64,000 nucleotides of DNA, taken from contig JAXDKS010000063.1 of NCBI GenBank assembly GCA_034666985.1, forward strand, positions 105,226 through 169,225, read 5' to 3'. Shown one piece after another: positions 62,049 to 64,000 of this stretch. Below the pieces are notes generated by a model. That model was given only the letters and a program-made list of their open reading frames with translations. It did not search any database and had not been told where the DNA came from. The DNA comes from Acidobacteriota bacterium (lineage in GTDB: Bacteria > Acidobacteriota > Thermoanaerobaculia > Multivoradales > UBA5704). The first letter of the stretch is position 1; each line of letters begins with the position of its first letter. The position numbers and the translations under genes were made by a program.

Positions 62049-64000
62049 GCGTGGGCGAGGGCATCGCCATCGTCGGGATGGCATGCCGCTATCCCGACGC
62101 CCGCACGCCTGGCGAGCTGTGGGAGAACGTCCTGGCGCGCCGGCGGGCCTTCCGCCGGCTGCCGCCGGAGCGGCTGCGCCTGGAGGACTACGCCGAGAGC
62201 CGCCCGGGCGATCCGGACAGCCTCTACCTGCGGGAGGCCGCGGTGCTCGAGGGGTGGGAGTTCGACCGCGTGCGCTTCCGCGTCGCCGGTCCGACCTTCC
62301 GTTCCGCCGACCTCGCCCACTGGCTGGCGCTCGACGTCGCCGCCCAGGCCCTGGCCGACGCCGGCTTCCCCGACGCCGAGGGCCTGCCCCGCGACTCGAC
62401 CGGCGTGCTGCTCGGCAACACCCTCACCGGCGAGTTCTCCCGCGCCCAGCTCATGCGCCTGCGCTGGCCCTACGTGCGCCGCACCCTCGCCGCCGCCCTC
62501 GCCGGCGAAGGGTGGGAGGAGGCGCGGACGGCGGACTTCCTCGCCCGCCTGGAGCCGGCCTACAAGGCGCCGTTCGAGGAGCCGATGGAGGAGTCGCTGG
62601 CCGGCGGCCTCGCCAACACCATCGCCGGGCGGATCTGCAATCACTTCGACCTCCACGGCGGCGGCTACATCCTGGACGGCGCCTGCGCCTCCTCGCTGCT
62701 GGCCACGGCCAACGCCTGCTCCGCCCTGACCGCGGGCGACCTCGACGTGGCCCTGGCCGGCGGCGTCGATCTCTCGCTCGACCCCTTCGAGCTGGTGGGC
62801 TTCGCCCGCACCGGCGCCCTCACCCATGACGAGATGCGGATCTTCGACGTGCGCTCGGCCGGCTTCCTCCCCGGCGAGGGGTGCGGCTTCGTGGTGCTGA
62901 TGCGCGAGGGGGACGCGGCCCGCCTCGGCTGCCGCGTCCGCGCCGTCATCCGCGGCTGGGGCATCTCCTCCGACGGCCACGGCGGCATCAGCCGGCCGGA
63001 GGCCGAGGGGCAGAAGATGGCCCTGCGCCGCGCCTACCGGCGGGCCGGCTTCGGCATCGAGACCGTGGCCCTGTTCGAGGGGCACGGCACCGGCACGGCG
63101 GTGGGCGACGCCGCCGAGGTCACCGCGTTGTCCCAGGCTCGGCGCGAGAGCATCCCCGGGGCATCAACCGCGCCTCCGGCCGCCCTGGGCTCGATCAAGG
63201 CCAACATCGGCCACACCAAGGCGGCGGCGGGCATCGCCGGGCTGATCAAGGCGGCGCTCGCCGTCGATCATCAGATCCTGCCGCCCACCACCGGCTGCGA
63301 CGAGCCTCACGCCGAGATCGCGGGGCCGGGCGCCGTCCTGCGCGTGCTCCAGCGTGGCGAGCCCTGGCCCGCCGGCCTGCCGCTGCGCGCCGCCGTCTCC
63401 GCCATGGGCTTCGGCGGCATCAACTCCCATCTCGTGCTGGAGGGGACGGCCGAGTCGCGCCGCAATGTCTTGGGGGGTCTGGGGAGCCGCGAGCGGGAGC
63501 TCGTCGCCTCCTGGCAGGACGCCGAGCTGCTGCTGCTCGCCGGCCCGGATGCCGCCGCTCTCGCCGAGCAGGCCGAGCGCCTGGCGGTGGTGGCCGGCCG
63601 CGCCGCGCGGGCCGAGCTGGCCGATCTCGCGGCCGAGTTGCGCCGCAGGTTGAACGGTGGCGCCGTGCGGGCCGCGGTGGTGGCCGCCAAGCCCGCCGAG
63701 GCCGAGGACGGGCTGCGCCGCCTCGCCGGCTGGCTGCACGACGGCGAGACCTCCCGCCTCGATCCCCGCCACGGCGTCTTCCTCGGGTCCGGCCCCCGCG
63801 GGCGCATCGGCTTCCTCTTCCCCGGCCAGGGCGCGCCCTCCCATCTCGACGGCGGCGCCCTGCGCCGGCGCTTCGAGGAGCTGGAGGCGGTCTACGGCCC
63901 CGCCGGTCTGGACCCGCAGGCGGACCCCGTCGACACGGCCGTGGCCCAGCCCGCCATCCTCAGCCACTCGCTCGCCGGCCTGCGTCTGCTCGACCGCCTG
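62045..64000 (+). CDS. pksE: Iterative type I enediyne-type polyketide synthase (PKSE), N-terminal KS and start of AT domain; 3' end lies outside the window
   Basis: MSVGEGIAIVGMACRYPDARTPGELWENVLARRRAFRRLP is the hallmark PKSE N-terminus. The KS active-site Cys (GYILDGACASSL) and His motifs (EGHGTGTAVGD; IGHTKAAAG) are present. An AT-like GFLFPGQGA motif appears near 63800. Confidence 0.85.
   Translation, partial: MSVGEGIAIVGMACRYPDARTPGELWENVLARRRAFRRLPPERLRLEDYAESRPGDPDSLYLREAAVLEGWEFDRVRFRVAGPTFRSADLAHWLALDVAAQALADAGFPDAEGLPRDSTGVLLGNTLTGEFSRAQLMRLRWPYVRRTLAAALAGEGWEEARTADFLARLEPAYKAPFEEPMEESLAGGLANTIAGRICNHFDLHGGGYILDGACASSLLATANACSALTAGDLDVALAGGVDLSLDPFELVGFARTGALTHDEMRIFDVRSAGFLPGEGCGFVVLMREGDAARLGCRVRAVIRGWGISSDGHGGISRPEAEGQKMALRRAYRRAGFGIETVALFEGHGTGTAVGDAAEVTALSQARRESIPGASTAPPAALGSIKANIGHTKAAAGIAGLIKAALAVDHQILPPTTGCDEPHAEIAGPGAVLRVLQRGEPWPAGLPLRAAVSAMGFGGINSHLVLEGTAESRRNVLGGLGSRERELVASWQDAELLLLAGPDAAALAEQAERLAVVAGRAARAELADLAAELRRRLNGGAVRAAVVAAKPAEAEDGLRRLAGWLHDGETSRLDPRHGVFLGSGPRGRIGFLFPGQGAPSHLDGGALRRRFEELEAVYGPAGLDPQADPVDTAVAQPAILSHSLAGLRLLDRL

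Overview
This is a high-GC (about 70%) bacterial chromosomal segment. Gene content (an ADOP-type duplicated-FtsX orphan permease, several Hanks kinases fused to TPR arrays, a sigma-54 activator with FHA+GAF input, a TPR-CHAT protein, secreted M36/S8/C25 peptidases) is tentatively reminiscent of Acidobacteria-like soil bacteria. In order, the window contains:
(1) the 3' end of a glycerol-3-phosphate dehydrogenase gene and small hypotheticals;
(2) a stressosome-like RsbR/S/T/X signalling module with two RsbT paralogs, one N-terminally extended, and no sigB/rsbUVW;
(3) an SGNH / TolB-PKD-LamG / MBOAT / AlgJ-like O-acetylation operon;
(4) a TPR-CHAT protein;
(5) an ECF sigma/anti-sigma pair whose putative autoregulatory promoter-leader module recurs upstream of a secreted M36 metalloprotease and a VWA/Cys-rich protein;
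(6) a minus-strand signalling operon: secreted protein, FHA-GAF, STPK-TPR, histidine kinase, LuxR response regulator;
(7) an SLH-anchored S8 peptidase with a clean intrinsic terminator;
(8) a lower-GC accessory patch with a degraded IS200/RAYT-like transposase and a class-3 lipase bracketed by 48-bp palindromic direct repeats;
(9) a sigma-54 activator flanked by two -24/-12 promoters;
(10) a second lower-GC island carrying a ~36-copy 20-bp tandem repeat array with 100-bp higher-order periodicity;
(11) L,D-transpeptidase, M20 peptidase, ADOP permease and GT2 genes;
(12) a nested perfect palindrome in a divergent promoter region;
(13) a C25 (gingipain-like) giant secreted protein plus PlsC-like acyltransferase;
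(14) AraC and M50-CBS genes followed by the conserved enediyne/polyene 'warhead' cassette unbL-unbV-unbU-pksE, with pksE running off the window.
All calls come from reading the sequence and ORF translations; no database searches were run. The supplied ORF track writes M for GTG and TTG starts as well as ATG, so starts were re-derived by hand.
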